DNA of 64,000 nucleotides from Bdellovibrionota bacterium (GTDB taxonomy: Bacteria; Bdellovibrionota_G; JALEGL01; DATDPG01), in contig OY764265.1 of assembly GCA_963668355.1 (NCBI GenBank), positions 864,001 through 928,000 of the forward strand. The letters are read 5' to 3'. Below, piece by piece: positions 8,721 to 18,479 of this stretch (position 1 is its first letter; each line of letters starts with the position of its first letter). Made by a program: the position numbers and the translations under genes. Below the pieces are notes generated by a model. That model saw nothing but the letters and a program-made list of their open reading frames with translations. It made no database searches and was not told the DNA's origin.

Positions 8721-9551
8721 ATGTCTCCAAAGCTAGTTTTGACCTTCGCAGTTACCCTTTTTTGCGCCTGGGCTTTCTTACCCTACCCGGTATGGAGCCA
8801 AACCTCGGAAACACAGTCTTATTTACAGGCCTTGGAAAAAAGCAAAAACCTCGACCTGGAGAAGCAGGTAGATGTTTGGAGAGAATGGCTTTCGGAGAAT
8901 CCCAATTCTCAATTCCGACCTGAAGTGGAAAAAAACCTTCAGAATCTAGAAGAGCTTCTCTTAAATAGCAATCCAGAGAAAAAAAAGGAGTCCCAAGACA
9001 CCGAGATTTATCTTCGCGCGGTTGAGTTTTCAAAAACACTTTCTGAGCGTGATCGAATCGATCTTTGGTATCAGTTTCTTGAGGAGAATCCTGACAACCT
9101 CTTTCGACCCGAGGTAGAACGCATTCTGGAGAGTTTAGAACGTCGTCATGCTCCTTCCAGACCTCAAATTCAGCCCACCACGGCCAAGCCACAGACCGAA
9201 CCCCAAGAACCCCTCGTCTTGGATCTCAAGTACAAGGACCCGGATCGAGCCTTGCTTTACGCAACCTTCGTCGGATTACTGGTTCCCGGAATGGGACATT
9301 GGTACGCAGAGGACTATGTCATTGCGGGCGCTTTGACCGCACTTCGAATTGCCGGCTTGGCCATTGGCATTCCGGCCATTGTGAAAAAAACGCCATCTCT
9401 CATCATCACAGGGGGGGTTCTGGTTGGATTTTCATACATCGTGGATGTGGCGGATACTCCCTTTGCCGTGGCTCGGTACAATGAAGCCTTAGAACGGCAA
9501 CAGGCAGACGTTTGGAATGCGCCCGAGTTAATGCTCACCTTTCATTTTTGA
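8721..9551 (+). CDS. Exported/membrane hypothetical protein with two ~45-aa helical repeats and TM2-like C-terminus
   Basis: Signal peptide from ATG 8721; repeats YL.A.E.SK.L...D.W..(W/F)L.ENP...FRPEVE..L..LE; GLLVPGMGHWY plus hydrophobic helices. Confidence 0.65.
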   Translation: MSPKLVLTFAVTLFCAWAFLPYPVWSQTSETQSYLQALEKSKNLDLEKQVDVWREWLSENPNSQFRPEVEKNLQNLEELLLNSNPEKKKESQDTEIYLRAVEFSKTLSERDRIDLWYQFLEENPDNLFRPEVERILESLERRHAPSRPQIQPTTAKPQTEPQEPLVLDLKYKDPDRALLYATFVGLLVPGMGHWYAEDYVIAGALTALRIAGLAIGIPAIVKKTPSLIITGGVLVGFSYIVDVADTPFAVARYNEALERQQADVWNAPELMLTFHF

Positions 9552-9557
9552 GCTTTG

Positions 9558-10280
9558 TTACTTGGAATCTTTCTCAAGCTCTCCCAATAGCTCCTCTAAC
9601 CGATCATCCTTCATGAGAGCCTCCACTTCGTCTCTTTTTTGAATTTTCTCAAAATCTCCTTCGTGCAAGTTTTTGAGAAACCGATGATCTCGAAAGGGGT
9701 TTCCAACATGATGTTCCGAAAAAAGCTCCTGAGCTTTTGGATCATCGCGCAAGACTTTGAATTTTTTCGGGTCATTCATGGCCTCTCGAAAGACTCGCAA
9801 CCGATCCAAAGCACGAGAGTTTCCCATCGGGTTGTATTCTGCGGCCAGTTTATAGGTTTGGCTCGCCAACAACTTCGGGAACCATTCTTTCGTTAAATGC
9901 CGAGGAACCAAGGCCAAGAAACAAAAAACAATGCTCACCAAAACAACGCCCTTGATTCCACCAAGAACGCCACCCCCGACACGGTTCAATTTTTTGAATT
10001 CTCGCACACGATTCACGAGCATTTTTTCGATTCCAAAACCAAACAGTCGCGCCGAGAGATAAACGGCAACTCCAACCACCAAAATGGAAAGTTTCTCTGC
10101 CATAAACCGAGAAATTTCCAATTGATCCTGGACAAAACCACCGATGGTTGGCCCCCAACTGGGAGCAATGAAATAGGCCAAAAGAATTCCAGCCAGAGCC
10201 ATGATTTGGCTCACGACACCTCGAAACAAACCAAAGACGGCCAACAAGCCGATCAAAATCAGTACAACTGCATCAATCAT
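9558..10280 (-). CDS. CvpA (colicin V production) family membrane protein
   Basis: IDAVVLILIGLLAVFGLFRGVVSQI N-terminus; LNRVGGGVLGGIKG; SQTY. Confidence 0.85.
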   Translation of the reverse strand: MIDAVVLILIGLLAVFGLFRGVVSQIMALAGILLAYFIAPSWGPTIGGFVQDQLEISRFMAEKLSILVVGVAVYLSARLFGFGIEKMLVNRVREFKKLNRVGGGVLGGIKGVVLVSIVFCFLALVPRHLTKEWFPKLLASQTYKLAAEYNPMGNSRALDRLRVFREAMNDPKKFKVLRDDPKAQELFSEHHVGNPFRDHRFLKNLHEGDFEKIQKRDEVEALMKDDRLEELLGELEKDSK

Positions 10281-10301
10281 TGAAAAGTCACGAAGACTGC
10301 A

Positions 10302-11774
10302 TCACTCCAGCGTAAACGCAATGAAAAGTGTTGAGCTTTTCCCGCGTTTCACAAGCAATAAAACCGTGTCTCCTTTTTTCTTTTTCGTCACAATTTTTTT
10401 ATATTGCTTGGGGGAAGTCACCTCTTTGTGGTCCACCTTCATGATGATGTCCCCTTCTCGAACACCCTTTCCAAAGGCGGGGCTCGAAGGATTCACCTGA
10501 CCGACCAAAACACCTTTGACCGACGGATCCAATCCCATCGACTTCAACACCTCCGGAGTCAAGGATTGAACTTTTAGACCCAGTAAATCCGTGCCTTCCT
10601 CAACTCGACCTTCCTTGCGCACATCTTCATCGGTTAGCTCTTCCACTTTCACTCGAACGGTTTTCCTTTTCCCATCTCGAACCAAGCCCACCTTTACTCG
10701 CTTTCCGGGTTTCGTGTCGGCTACGAGGAAACGAAGCTCCTGAACGCCCTTCACATCCTTTCCATCAAACGCGACAATCACATCTCCGGGAGCAATTCCG
10801 CCTTTTTCAGCAGGGCTTCCTTTCTGAACTTCTCGAACCAAAGCGCCTTTACGACCTTTAAGTTTCAAAGCCTTAGCAATGTCTGCGGGGATGGAATCGA
10901 TGATGACACCTAAGCGACCTCGGGAAACCTTTCCATCGTTTTTCAACGTCAACAAAATTTTCTTTGCCAAATTGATGGGAATGGCAAAGCCTATTCCCTG
11001 CGCGGAGGCAATGATCGCCGTATTGATTCCAATCACCTCACCCTGAAGGTTCAACAACGGCCCTCCCGAATTTCCCGGATTGATCGAGGTATCGGTTTGA
11101 ATGAACGCATCATAATCGACGATTCCAATGGTTCTTTCTTTGGCACTGACAATTCCTTGCGTCACGGAGTGAGAAAATCCAAACGGATTTCCGATGGCCA
11201 CGACGACATCACCCACTTTTAACTTCTCCGAATCTCCCAAAACGACATGAGGCAGCTTCCTTTTGGCATCAATTTTAATCAAAGCCACATCGGTTTTGGC
11301 GTCCCGACCGATGACCTTGGCTTTGAATTCGGTTTCGTCAAACAACACCACGGTGATCTCATCGGCCTTTTCAACAACATGATTGTTGGTGGCAATATAA
11401 CCATCGGAACTCAAGATGAACCCAGATCCCAAGCTTCTTTTCTTGGGTTGGGGGACTGGCATCGGCATGTTTTTGGGAGACTTGCCTGGATTGAAAAAGC
11501 GATGGAAAAGATCATCTCCAAAAAAATCTTCGAACGGATTGGGAAATCTTCTCACGTCTTGTTTGACTTCCTGTGTGGTGCTGATGTTGACCACGGACTT
11601 ATTCAGCTGCTCGGCCACATTTCGAAAAGCATCCGGAGTTAAATATTTCATCCCCTGATTCACTTTGTAATCGGAGACATCTTTACCTTCCGTCCACAAA
11701 CCATTGGAGGCCCAAGCACCTCCAGGAAGCAAAAGAAAAGATAAAATTGCGATGGTGAGGGTTTTTCTGATCAT
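10302..11774 (-). CDS. degP: DegP/DegQ (HtrA) periplasmic serine protease with two PDZ domains
   Basis: SLGSGFI, TNNHVV, TDVALIK, INPGNSGGPL; two PDZ domains. Confidence 0.93.
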   Translation of the reverse strand: MIRKTLTIAILSFLLLPGGAWASNGLWTEGKDVSDYKVNQGMKYLTPDAFRNVAEQLNKSVVNISTTQEVKQDVRRFPNPFEDFFGDDLFHRFFNPGKSPKNMPMPVPQPKKRSLGSGFILSSDGYIATNNHVVEKADEITVVLFDETEFKAKVIGRDAKTDVALIKIDAKRKLPHVVLGDSEKLKVGDVVVAIGNPFGFSHSVTQGIVSAKERTIGIVDYDAFIQTDTSINPGNSGGPLLNLQGEVIGINTAIIASAQGIGFAIPINLAKKILLTLKNDGKVSRGRLGVIIDSIPADIAKALKLKGRKGALVREVQKGSPAEKGGIAPGDVIVAFDGKDVKGVQELRFLVADTKPGKRVKVGLVRDGKRKTVRVKVEELTDEDVRKEGRVEEGTDLLGLKVQSLTPEVLKSMGLDPSVKGVLVGQVNPSSPAFGKGVREGDIIMKVDHKEVTSPKQYKKIVTKKKKGDTVLLLVKRGKSSTLFIAFTLE

Positions 11775-11808
11775 AGGCCTTTGGTAGATAAACCCTGGGT
11801 GGGATCTG

Positions 11809-13386
11809 TCAAGACCTGGATTCCATCTCCAATCCGTATTTCTGGATTTTCCAAATCAATGTGGCCCGGCTCACACCCAACTCTCTCGATAGTCGCGATT
11901 TATTCCATTTGTGTCGACGCAACCCGTCTAATAAAATCTGGCGTTCCACATGCTCCATGGCATCTTTCAGCTTGCCCTTCAATCGAATCTGAAAAGTGGA
12001 CTGCATGCTTGCATGAACGGCAGGCGAAAGCACGTCACCCTCAATCACCCGACTTTTTCCAGAAAGAACAATGGCTCGTTGGATTTCATTCTCCAGTTGC
12101 CGGACATTTCCCGGCCAATTGTAAGCCACCAACAAATCCAACGCGTGAGGAGAGACGGTCTTCCAGTTCTCTTCAGTGGTGGAAAATTTATTCAAAAAAT
12201 GTTCGACCAGAAGAGGAATATCGTCCCTTCGTTCTCGCAAAGGCGGTACTTGAATATTGATGACATTCAAACGATAAAACAGATCTTCCCGGAACGACCC
12301 CTCCTCCACCATTTTTTTCAAATCCTTATTGGTGGCCGTAATGATCCTCACATCCACTTTTCTAGGCTCGGTTCCACCCACGGGAAGAAAAGTGCCTTCT
12401 TGCAAAACACGAAGCAACTTGACTTGGAGAGTGGAGGACATATCCCCAATTTCATCCATGAAAAAAGTGCCTCCGTTCGCCATTTCAAACAATCCCTTTT
12501 TGTCTCTCACAGCTCCTGTAAAAGAACCACGAAGATGTCCAAACAGCTCGCTGTCTAAAAGGTTGTCATTAAATGCGGAGCAATTCTGCGTAACAAAAAT
12601 TTGATCCGAACGCGGGGAATGGTTATGAATGGCCCTCGCAACCATTTCCTTTCCGGTCCCGTTCTCGCCTTGAATCAAAACCGTGGATTCGCTTTCTCTA
12701 AGCTTCATCAAAAGATTAAAGACTCTTTCCATGGCCTGCGACTGCCCCACAATGGAAAAGGGGTTATTCGAATTTTCTCCACCTTCGACGATCTTAAGTC
12801 GCATGGACTTTCTCCGTTCCATTTCAGAGAAATGAACCATTTTGACTTCCTCTATCCCAAATTCGATCAATTGCGTAAGGGAATCAATTTGATCTTGATT
12901 CAAAACAGGGATGCTTTCAAAGGCCTCATCCGTTTTCGAGATGGCCAAACCTTGATACGCATCCGTTTTCGCAAGAATTTGGGCTTGGACACCTGGAAGC
13001 GGTTTTTCCCGAACAAACCCACCCGCAATAACCATTCCGATGAAAACGTCATCCAAAAACACGGGAACACCCAAATACTCAAAGCCCGCATGACAGAGAA
13101 AGGTCTGCGAAGCTAGCTCCCCCTTGCTTCTTTTCGCAATGGCGACCGCCCCCCGAATGCTTTCGTCACAAGCCTGCACCCCTTCCGGGTCCAGCATGCA
13201 TTTATGGCAAAAAAGATTATGATTTCGGCAGATTTTACCTCTTTCCGAATCCAGAAATTGACCATCCGACAACACAAAGTCGACCTGAAGATTCCAGATT
13301 CGCCGGATGAGCTGCCTTAGTTTTTTGACCGTCTGCAAACGCTCATAGGACAGCGCAATGTCTCGCAGATCTTTTTTTACCGGCAT
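11809..13386 (-). CDS. sigma54-dependent enhancer-binding protein with N-terminal PocR sensor domain
   Basis: Cys-rich PocR-like N-terminus (FC...C..S...CHAG..GVPV); GENGTGKE, DSELFGH..GSFTGA, FREDLFYRLNV, WPGNVRQLEN; Fis-type HTH. Confidence 0.9.
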   Translation of the reverse strand: MPVKKDLRDIALSYERLQTVKKLRQLIRRIWNLQVDFVLSDGQFLDSERGKICRNHNLFCHKCMLDPEGVQACDESIRGAVAIAKRSKGELASQTFLCHAGFEYLGVPVFLDDVFIGMVIAGGFVREKPLPGVQAQILAKTDAYQGLAISKTDEAFESIPVLNQDQIDSLTQLIEFGIEEVKMVHFSEMERRKSMRLKIVEGGENSNNPFSIVGQSQAMERVFNLLMKLRESESTVLIQGENGTGKEMVARAIHNHSPRSDQIFVTQNCSAFNDNLLDSELFGHLRGSFTGAVRDKKGLFEMANGGTFFMDEIGDMSSTLQVKLLRVLQEGTFLPVGGTEPRKVDVRIITATNKDLKKMVEEGSFREDLFYRLNVINIQVPPLRERRDDIPLLVEHFLNKFSTTEENWKTVSPHALDLLVAYNWPGNVRQLENEIQRAIVLSGKSRVIEGDVLSPAVHASMQSTFQIRLKGKLKDAMEHVERQILLDGLRRHKWNKSRLSRELGVSRATLIWKIQKYGLEMESRS

Positions 13387-13462
13387 ATTTCCCCTACTTC
13401 CTAAACGTTTCCCTCCTCATAAACGACAGGTGTATAGTTTGTCAACAGGGGAGTCAGGTTTC

Positions 13463-13491
13463 TTGACACTTTTGATGCAATATGTTATATC
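13463..13491 (+). promoter_or_regulatory. Candidate sigma70 promoter for the PilZ pair
   Basis: TTGACA 13463-13468, 17-bp spacer, TG-n-TATATC at 13486. Confidence 0.45.
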
Positions 13492-13598
13492 AAGATCGCA
13501 TTTGGGGGAAATACGCTAACTTATGGAAACACTTGATTTTTTTTAAGTTTCCGGATAAGTCCTCAAAGAGACACCTAACGCTTTGCTAAGGAGTTTAT

Positions 13599-14018
13599 AT
13601 GGCTTCGTTTCGCGAACAAGGGCCGACCGAAAGATTTGAAAAGAGAAAGCTCTTTCGTTTTCCTGTTCAGCTTCCCGTTAAACTGGGAACCAACGAAGAT
13701 CTTTCTTCGATCTGCACAAATCTCAGCACCAATGGAGCCTCCATCGAGACGGCTCAGAAATTGGCCATCAGCGAGAAACTGGCTGTCAGCGTTGTGATTG
13801 CCCCCAAAGAGGAACCGCTAAGGATGGTCGGAAAAGTCGTCTGGAAAAGACACACAGGCATTGTAGACCCCGAAAAAAAGGACATCTACGAAGTGGGTGT
13901 GCGCTTCTTAAGGCCCCTTCCTAGTCTGGAAAAGCAAGGAAATGATCAGGCGTTTGATGAATTCGACATCATCCCAGAAGAGGACGAGGCCGGGTACATT
14001 CTTCCCGAAAGACCCTGA
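13599..14018 (+). CDS. PilZ domain protein
   Basis: RKLFR (RxxxR), NLSTNG, GKVVW, GVRF; AAGGAG RBS. Confidence 0.85.
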   Translation: MASFREQGPTERFEKRKLFRFPVQLPVKLGTNEDLSSICTNLSTNGASIETAQKLAISEKLAVSVVIAPKEEPLRMVGKVVWKRHTGIVDPEKKDIYEVGVRFLRPLPSLEKQGNDQAFDEFDIIPEEDEAGYILPERP

Positions 14019-14021
14019 CCC

Positions 14022-14453
14022 ATGTCACCTCACCCTCCCGAAGCTCTTCCCATGGATCGAAGAGCCAATGTGCGTGCTGACTTTCATCGATCTGTGAGTT
14101 TCGTGAAAAACCCCACGCGGCCCATTCAAGGCGGAATGGGACGGGCTGTGACTCAAGACCTAAGTTTAAAAGGGGCACGGATCCTCACTCGAGCCCTTCC
14201 GCCAGAGCGAAAATCCTTTCCTTTATGGGTCTACTTGGACGATCAGAATGTGATCCGAGCCCAGGGAAAAGTCGTGTGGAGCCAAATTGAATCCATGTTG
14301 GGAGACAGCCCTTACTGGCTTCAATGTGGAATTTCCTTATCCATTCCCGAGTCTTCAGAGCGAGTAACATTGGCTCGAGCCATAGCCAAAAAAGTTGGAA
14401 CCGACCGCGTGATGCGGGAAGAGGCGACAACGAAAATCGGTTATCTACTTTAA
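14022..14453 (+). CDS. PilZ domain protein
   Basis: RANVR, DLSLKG, GKVVW. Confidence 0.8.
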   Translation: MSPHPPEALPMDRRANVRADFHRSVSFVKNPTRPIQGGMGRAVTQDLSLKGARILTRALPPERKSFPLWVYLDDQNVIRAQGKVVWSQIESMLGDSPYWLQCGISLSIPESSERVTLARAIAKKVGTDRVMREEATTKIGYLL

Positions 14454-15023
14454 CGAAACCTTCATTTCCACCTTTTCAAGTGGATTGTCTCGCCCATCGC
14501 GGGGGACGCCTACGATTTTATCGGCCACATCCATGCCCTCCACAACGCGTCCGAACACGGTGTACTGGCCATCCAACCAAGGAGATTCTTTGACGACAAT
14601 GAAAAACTGGCTTCCCGCACTATTGGGATCACCCCCACGAGCCATGGAAAGGATGCCTCTCTTATGCTTCTCTTGGCTAAATTCTGCAGGAATGGTGTAG
14701 CCCGGACCTCCCGTTCCATCATTGCTGCGATCTTCGTCTTTGGAGTTTGGATCCCCGCCTTGAATCATGAAGTCAGGAATCACGCGATGAAACGTGGTTC
14801 CATCATAAAATCCCGAAGAGGCCAGTTTTTGAAAATTGGCTACGGTTTTCGGAGCCAATTCTGGCAAAAACTCAACGGTCATCTTGCCAAACTTAGTTTC
14901 AATCACGGCTTGTTTGGCTTGTAGATTTGGTTGCGTCACGGTCTTCTCCTTTTTGGTGCAGCTTAAAAATCCAAAGACGCAAACCAAAATCAGCGTCCAA
15001 ATGAATCTCTTTTTTTGTGTCAT
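14445..15023 (-). CDS. Cyclophilin-type peptidyl-prolyl cis-trans isomerase, lipoprotein
   Basis: Lipobox FLSC; APKTVANF, FYDGTTFHRVIPDFMIQGGDP, SAGSQFFI, LDGQYTVFG. Confidence 0.95.
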   Translation of the reverse strand: MTQKKRFIWTLILVCVFGFLSCTKKEKTVTQPNLQAKQAVIETKFGKMTVEFLPELAPKTVANFQKLASSGFYDGTTFHRVIPDFMIQGGDPNSKDEDRSNDGTGGPGYTIPAEFSQEKHKRGILSMARGGDPNSAGSQFFIVVKESPWLDGQYTVFGRVVEGMDVADKIVGVPRDGRDNPLEKVEMKVSLK

Positions 15024-15280
15024 TAAATCCCAGGACCTTCCTCTTCTTGATAGAGCTTACGAATTTCTTGAAGAAATTTTTGCCGACGATCCAAAGGGGA
15101 ACGATGGTCGATCTGCCACAGGGTCGGATCCATTGGCTGATGAACCTTCTTCTTCGGTTTTTGCAGCAATTTGGTTTTGGAATCTGGGTCAGCCTGAGGG
15201 GTCGCTTGCGCTGAAAATGGGATCAACAAACAAGCCAAAAGAAGAAATCTCCAGCCCCTTTTTCCCAAGAAGTATCTCAT
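15023..15280 (-). CDS. Small exported hypothetical protein
   Basis: MRYFLGKRGWRFLLLACLLIPFSAQA signal peptide; fills the gap between flanking minus-strand genes; start inferred. Confidence 0.5.
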   Translation of the reverse strand: MRYFLGKRGWRFLLLACLLIPFSAQATPQADPDSKTKLLQKPKKKVHQPMDPTLWQIDHRSPLDRRQKFLQEIRKLYQEEEGPGI

Positions 15281-15329
15281 GAATTGTTTATACCAAGGAG
15301 GCTCAAAGTTCGTCAAAGTCCTTTCAAGC

Positions 15330-15971
15330 TCATATCGCAAAGAACGAAAGAAACCTTTCTTTTTCGCGACAAGCCATGAAGGGATTGTTCTTTTTTTCAA
15401 CCCCTATCGTGGAGGAAGCGCTTGGCCCATAACCGTGCCCAGGAAAGACCTTTAGTTCATCCGGGAGCTGAGCAAGCATTTGAAGGCTCGAAAAAAGTTG
15501 CTCCGGGTTTCCGCCGGGTAAATCCGTTCGCCCGCAGGCTCCTACAAACAAGGTGTCTCCTGAAACAAGGTGGGAACCCACCCGAATGCAGAGAGATCCC
15601 GGAGAATGCCCCGGAGTATGAAGAAATTCGCATTCAAGGTTTCCCACACGAATTCGATCTTCATGCTTAATCTTCTCCGTATCCTTGGCCCAATCTCCCT
15701 CCCAAGGCTTTTCAAGCGGGTGCATAAACACCGGGGCCCCGGTTTTTTTCTTAATTTCCTCGACACCATTGGAGTGATCCGGATGTGCATGAGTTAAGAA
15801 GACATGGGAAACTTCCATTTGGTCCTCTTCCAAGACCTTTAAGATCTCATTCACTTCCCAGGCGGGATCCACTACGGCCGCTTTCTTCTCCCGTTCGTCC
15901 CCCAAAAGATAGATGAAATTGGCCATCGGCCCCAATCCAAGGCGTTTGAAATACATGTGTTCCTCCGTCAT
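15330..15971 (-). CDS. MBL-fold hydrolase (glyoxalase II-like)
   Basis: THAHPDH, HTPGHSPG, SGDTLF, GRTD, FPGH. Confidence 0.9.
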   Translation of the reverse strand: MTEEHMYFKRLGLGPMANFIYLLGDEREKKAAVVDPAWEVNEILKVLEEDQMEVSHVFLTHAHPDHSNGVEEIKKKTGAPVFMHPLEKPWEGDWAKDTEKIKHEDRIRVGNLECEFLHTPGHSPGSLCIRVGSHLVSGDTLFVGACGRTDLPGGNPEQLFSSLQMLAQLPDELKVFPGHGYGPSASSTIGVEKKNNPFMACREKERFLSFFAI

Positions 15972-15986
15972 ACTAAATGCTCAACC

Positions 15987-16361
15987 ATGGAAACCGAAAA
16001 CGTAGCTCAACTCATCGAAACATCCAATGCCAAATGGAAACCTGCGAAACTGGAAGGAATTGATTTTCTTCCCTTGCATACGGATCGTGCTGAACGAAAA
16101 GGGACTTTTCTTTTTCGAATGCAGCCTGGAACTTGCTATACCCGACATCGACATCCTGGAGGAGAAGAGTTGTTGATGTTGAAGGGATCTTTGGAAATGG
16201 ACGGAAGAAAATTGAAAGCCGGAGATTTTCTCTATTCTCCGCCGGGCACAGCCCATGAACTCAAATCGGAAAAGGGTTGCATGTTCTTAGTCGTATGGAC
16301 CGACTCCATTGAAATCGTTGTGGGAGGAAATTTCGAAGAGATCGAACCCAACTACGATTAA
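15987..16361 (+). CDS. ChrR-like cupin domain protein
   Basis: HRHPGGEE..LKGSL..GDFLYSPPGTAH; start at METENV inferred. Confidence 0.8.
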   Translation: METENVAQLIETSNAKWKPAKLEGIDFLPLHTDRAERKGTFLFRMQPGTCYTRHRHPGGEELLMLKGSLEMDGRKLKAGDFLYSPPGTAHELKSEKGCMFLVVWTDSIEIVVGGNFEEIEPNYD

Positions 16362-16372
16362 GTTCGTTCGGT

Positions 16373-16867
16373 TCAATTTGCAATTTCGCAGGCAAGTTCA
16401 ACCAATTCGTCTTCTTCAAGAACCGAACAAGACGCGCTTCTCTCTCCGACAAATCTCGATGAGTCATCCGATATCGCGTGGATTTGGAGCAAGCATCCGT
16501 TCACACGAACAAAGGAAATAAATAAGTTTTCCTCGGTTTCTTCATAGAGAAAACGTGCATCTTGGCAGGAAGCAAGAGCAGATCGAATGCACGCTCGTCC
16601 CGATTTCAATTCCTGCTCCGAAGAAGACTCATCAAAACGTCCACAGTCGATACCACTGGCACTCACGTAATCCTCGACCAAATTCTCAACCTCATCTCCT
16701 GAAAATTCTGTATTTAACCCAGAAGCCACATCGTCCTCAGGATTTCCAACGCCAAAACCACACCCACTTAAAAAAATGAGAAGAATCAGAAGAAGCGTCA
16801 AACCATGAACCCAAACCAGGTCACTCCAGCTCGACACATTTTGACGGGAATCTTGTTTACTCATCAT
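16373..16867 (-). CDS. Cys-containing lipoprotein, coupled to the TIGR02147-like gene
   Basis: LLLILLIFLSGC lipobox then GFGVGNP; six further Cys; start overlaps the upstream gene's end. Confidence 0.6.
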   Translation of the reverse strand: MMSKQDSRQNVSSWSDLVWVHGLTLLLILLIFLSGCGFGVGNPEDDVASGLNTEFSGDEVENLVEDYVSASGIDCGRFDESSSEQELKSGRACIRSALASCQDARFLYEETEENLFISFVRVNGCLLQIHAISDDSSRFVGERSASCSVLEEDELVELACEIAN

Positions 16868-17681
16868 GGTCCAATCTAAAAAGCTGAAGGTTAAGTTGAT
16901 ACACAGAGTCAAACGATTCACTCTGGCCAAAATAGGAATCCAATTCGTTTCGAAATTGATGAATTCGTTTGAAGGCTTTTTTTAAATCCTCTTTCCGTAC
17001 CGCCACGGTCAAACTTGAAAAACATCGTTGTTGGGCCGTCTGTTCTTCGAGGGCTTTCTTGGCCAGATCCGACATTTTTTGATGAAATAGAATGGCCGCG
17101 TCTGATTTTGTTACGTCCTGGGTTTGCAAACTTGGATGACTTAAATGAAACGTTCCTGTTTGTTCGTCTTCTCGAATGAGTCCCACACGAAGCAACAACT
17201 CCAAGGCTTCTTTCGCTTCTTGAGGGGTAAATCGATAATCGAAACGGGACGCAATCCATTTGGGTTGAGGCTTAAAACCTTGGGTTAAGATCAACTCACG
17301 AATGGCCATCGGAAACCAGGTTGAGAGAACTTCATGTTGGTCGCGAGTCAATAATAAACGGTCGTCTTGTGAGCGGGCCACATCCAAGTTCTTGCGATAA
17401 AAGTTACGCTCCTCCACATCCTTGGCTTGGGTATAAAAAACAAGATTCTCGAAAAAAAGGGCTTCGCGATCTCCTAGATTTAAGCCTTTGGCAAATTTAC
17501 GTACGTTTCGATGAGTGAGGTTTCGTTCGCCATCCATCACCAATTTATAATAGTTGGGAGACTTTAAGCCGGCTTTCTTAGCAAAGTAACGAAAGGAGTA
17601 GGATCGACTAGCTTCTTTCTTAAACTCATAGTGATCCCGTAAAAACTCTCGATAATCGCTGTATTCAAAGACCGAACGCAT
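16857..17681 (-). CDS. TIGR02147 family (HTH + DUF4423-like) protein
   Basis: MRSVFEYSDYREFLRD..SYSFRYFAKKAGLKSPNY..GERNL, W..MAIREL, FHQKM, VYQLNLQLF. Confidence 0.85.
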   Translation of the reverse strand: MRSVFEYSDYREFLRDHYEFKKEASRSYSFRYFAKKAGLKSPNYYKLVMDGERNLTHRNVRKFAKGLNLGDREALFFENLVFYTQAKDVEERNFYRKNLDVARSQDDRLLLTRDQHEVLSTWFPMAIRELILTQGFKPQPKWIASRFDYRFTPQEAKEALELLLRVGLIREDEQTGTFHLSHPSLQTQDVTKSDAAILFHQKMSDLAKKALEEQTAQQRCFSSLTVAVRKEDLKKAFKRIHQFRNELDSYFGQSESFDSVYQLNLQLFRLDHDE

Positions 17682-17810
17682 GCAACCCATCCTGTTTCCA
17701 GTGTACGCAATGGGGACCCCGGAAAACCAGGGAAAAGTTAACAAATCAAAACTTCTTGTTAACTCTTGTGACCCCGTGACTTTCGGGAATTTCTTGGTTA
17801 TGACGTCTGG

Positions 17811-18479
17811 GTGGAGAAAACACAACCAGTTGATTTTATATGGGATTTTGATTTAGTCCTCTTTGATTTGGATGGCACCTTGGTGGATTCCAGTCAAGAC
17901 ATCGCCAACTCCATCAATTTCACGCTAGCCTCTTTTGGCATTCCTCCTTGGCCCGTAAGCACCATAAAGACCTTCATCGGAAACGGTAGCATGCGCCTGA
18001 TTGAAAGAGCCCTGGCAGGTCGCATGGAACACGCGTCACAAGCTCTTCAAATCTTTACCAAGCACTATCAACAACATGTCTGCGATCACTCAAATCCTTT
18101 TCCTGGCGTGGAAACGATTTTGGATCGCCTTTCTGACCTGCCTCTGGCCATCATGAGCAACAAACGCGAACGTTTTATCCATCCATTGCTCGAATATTTA
18201 GGTTGGGAAAATCGATTTGACTGGATTGTCGGAAGTGACAGCTTGAATATCCGAAAGCCCGATCCAAGACCTCTTCTTTGGATTTGTGAACAAGCGAAAA
18301 TTCCCCCAAACCGAACCGTCATGATTGGCGACAGCCCCGTGGACGTAAAAGCAGGGAAAGCTGCAGGCATGGCGACCGTCGGTCTCACAGGAGGCTTTAC
18401 AACCCCAGAAGCCGTTCGAGACGAGAAACCCTCCCTCACACTTCATTTCTTGAGGGAATTGGAGACATGGCTTCGGTAG
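17811..18479 (+). CDS. gph: HAD-superfamily hydrolase (phosphoglycolate phosphatase-like)
   Basis: FDLDGTLVDS, SNK, KPDP, IGDSPVD. Confidence 0.85.
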   Translation: MEKTQPVDFIWDFDLVLFDLDGTLVDSSQDIANSINFTLASFGIPPWPVSTIKTFIGNGSMRLIERALAGRMEHASQALQIFTKHYQQHVCDHSNPFPGVETILDRLSDLPLAIMSNKRERFIHPLLEYLGWENRFDWIVGSDSLNIRKPDPRPLLWICEQAKIPPNRTVMIGDSPVDVKAGKAAGMATVGLTGGFTTPEAVRDEKPSLTLHFLRELETWLR

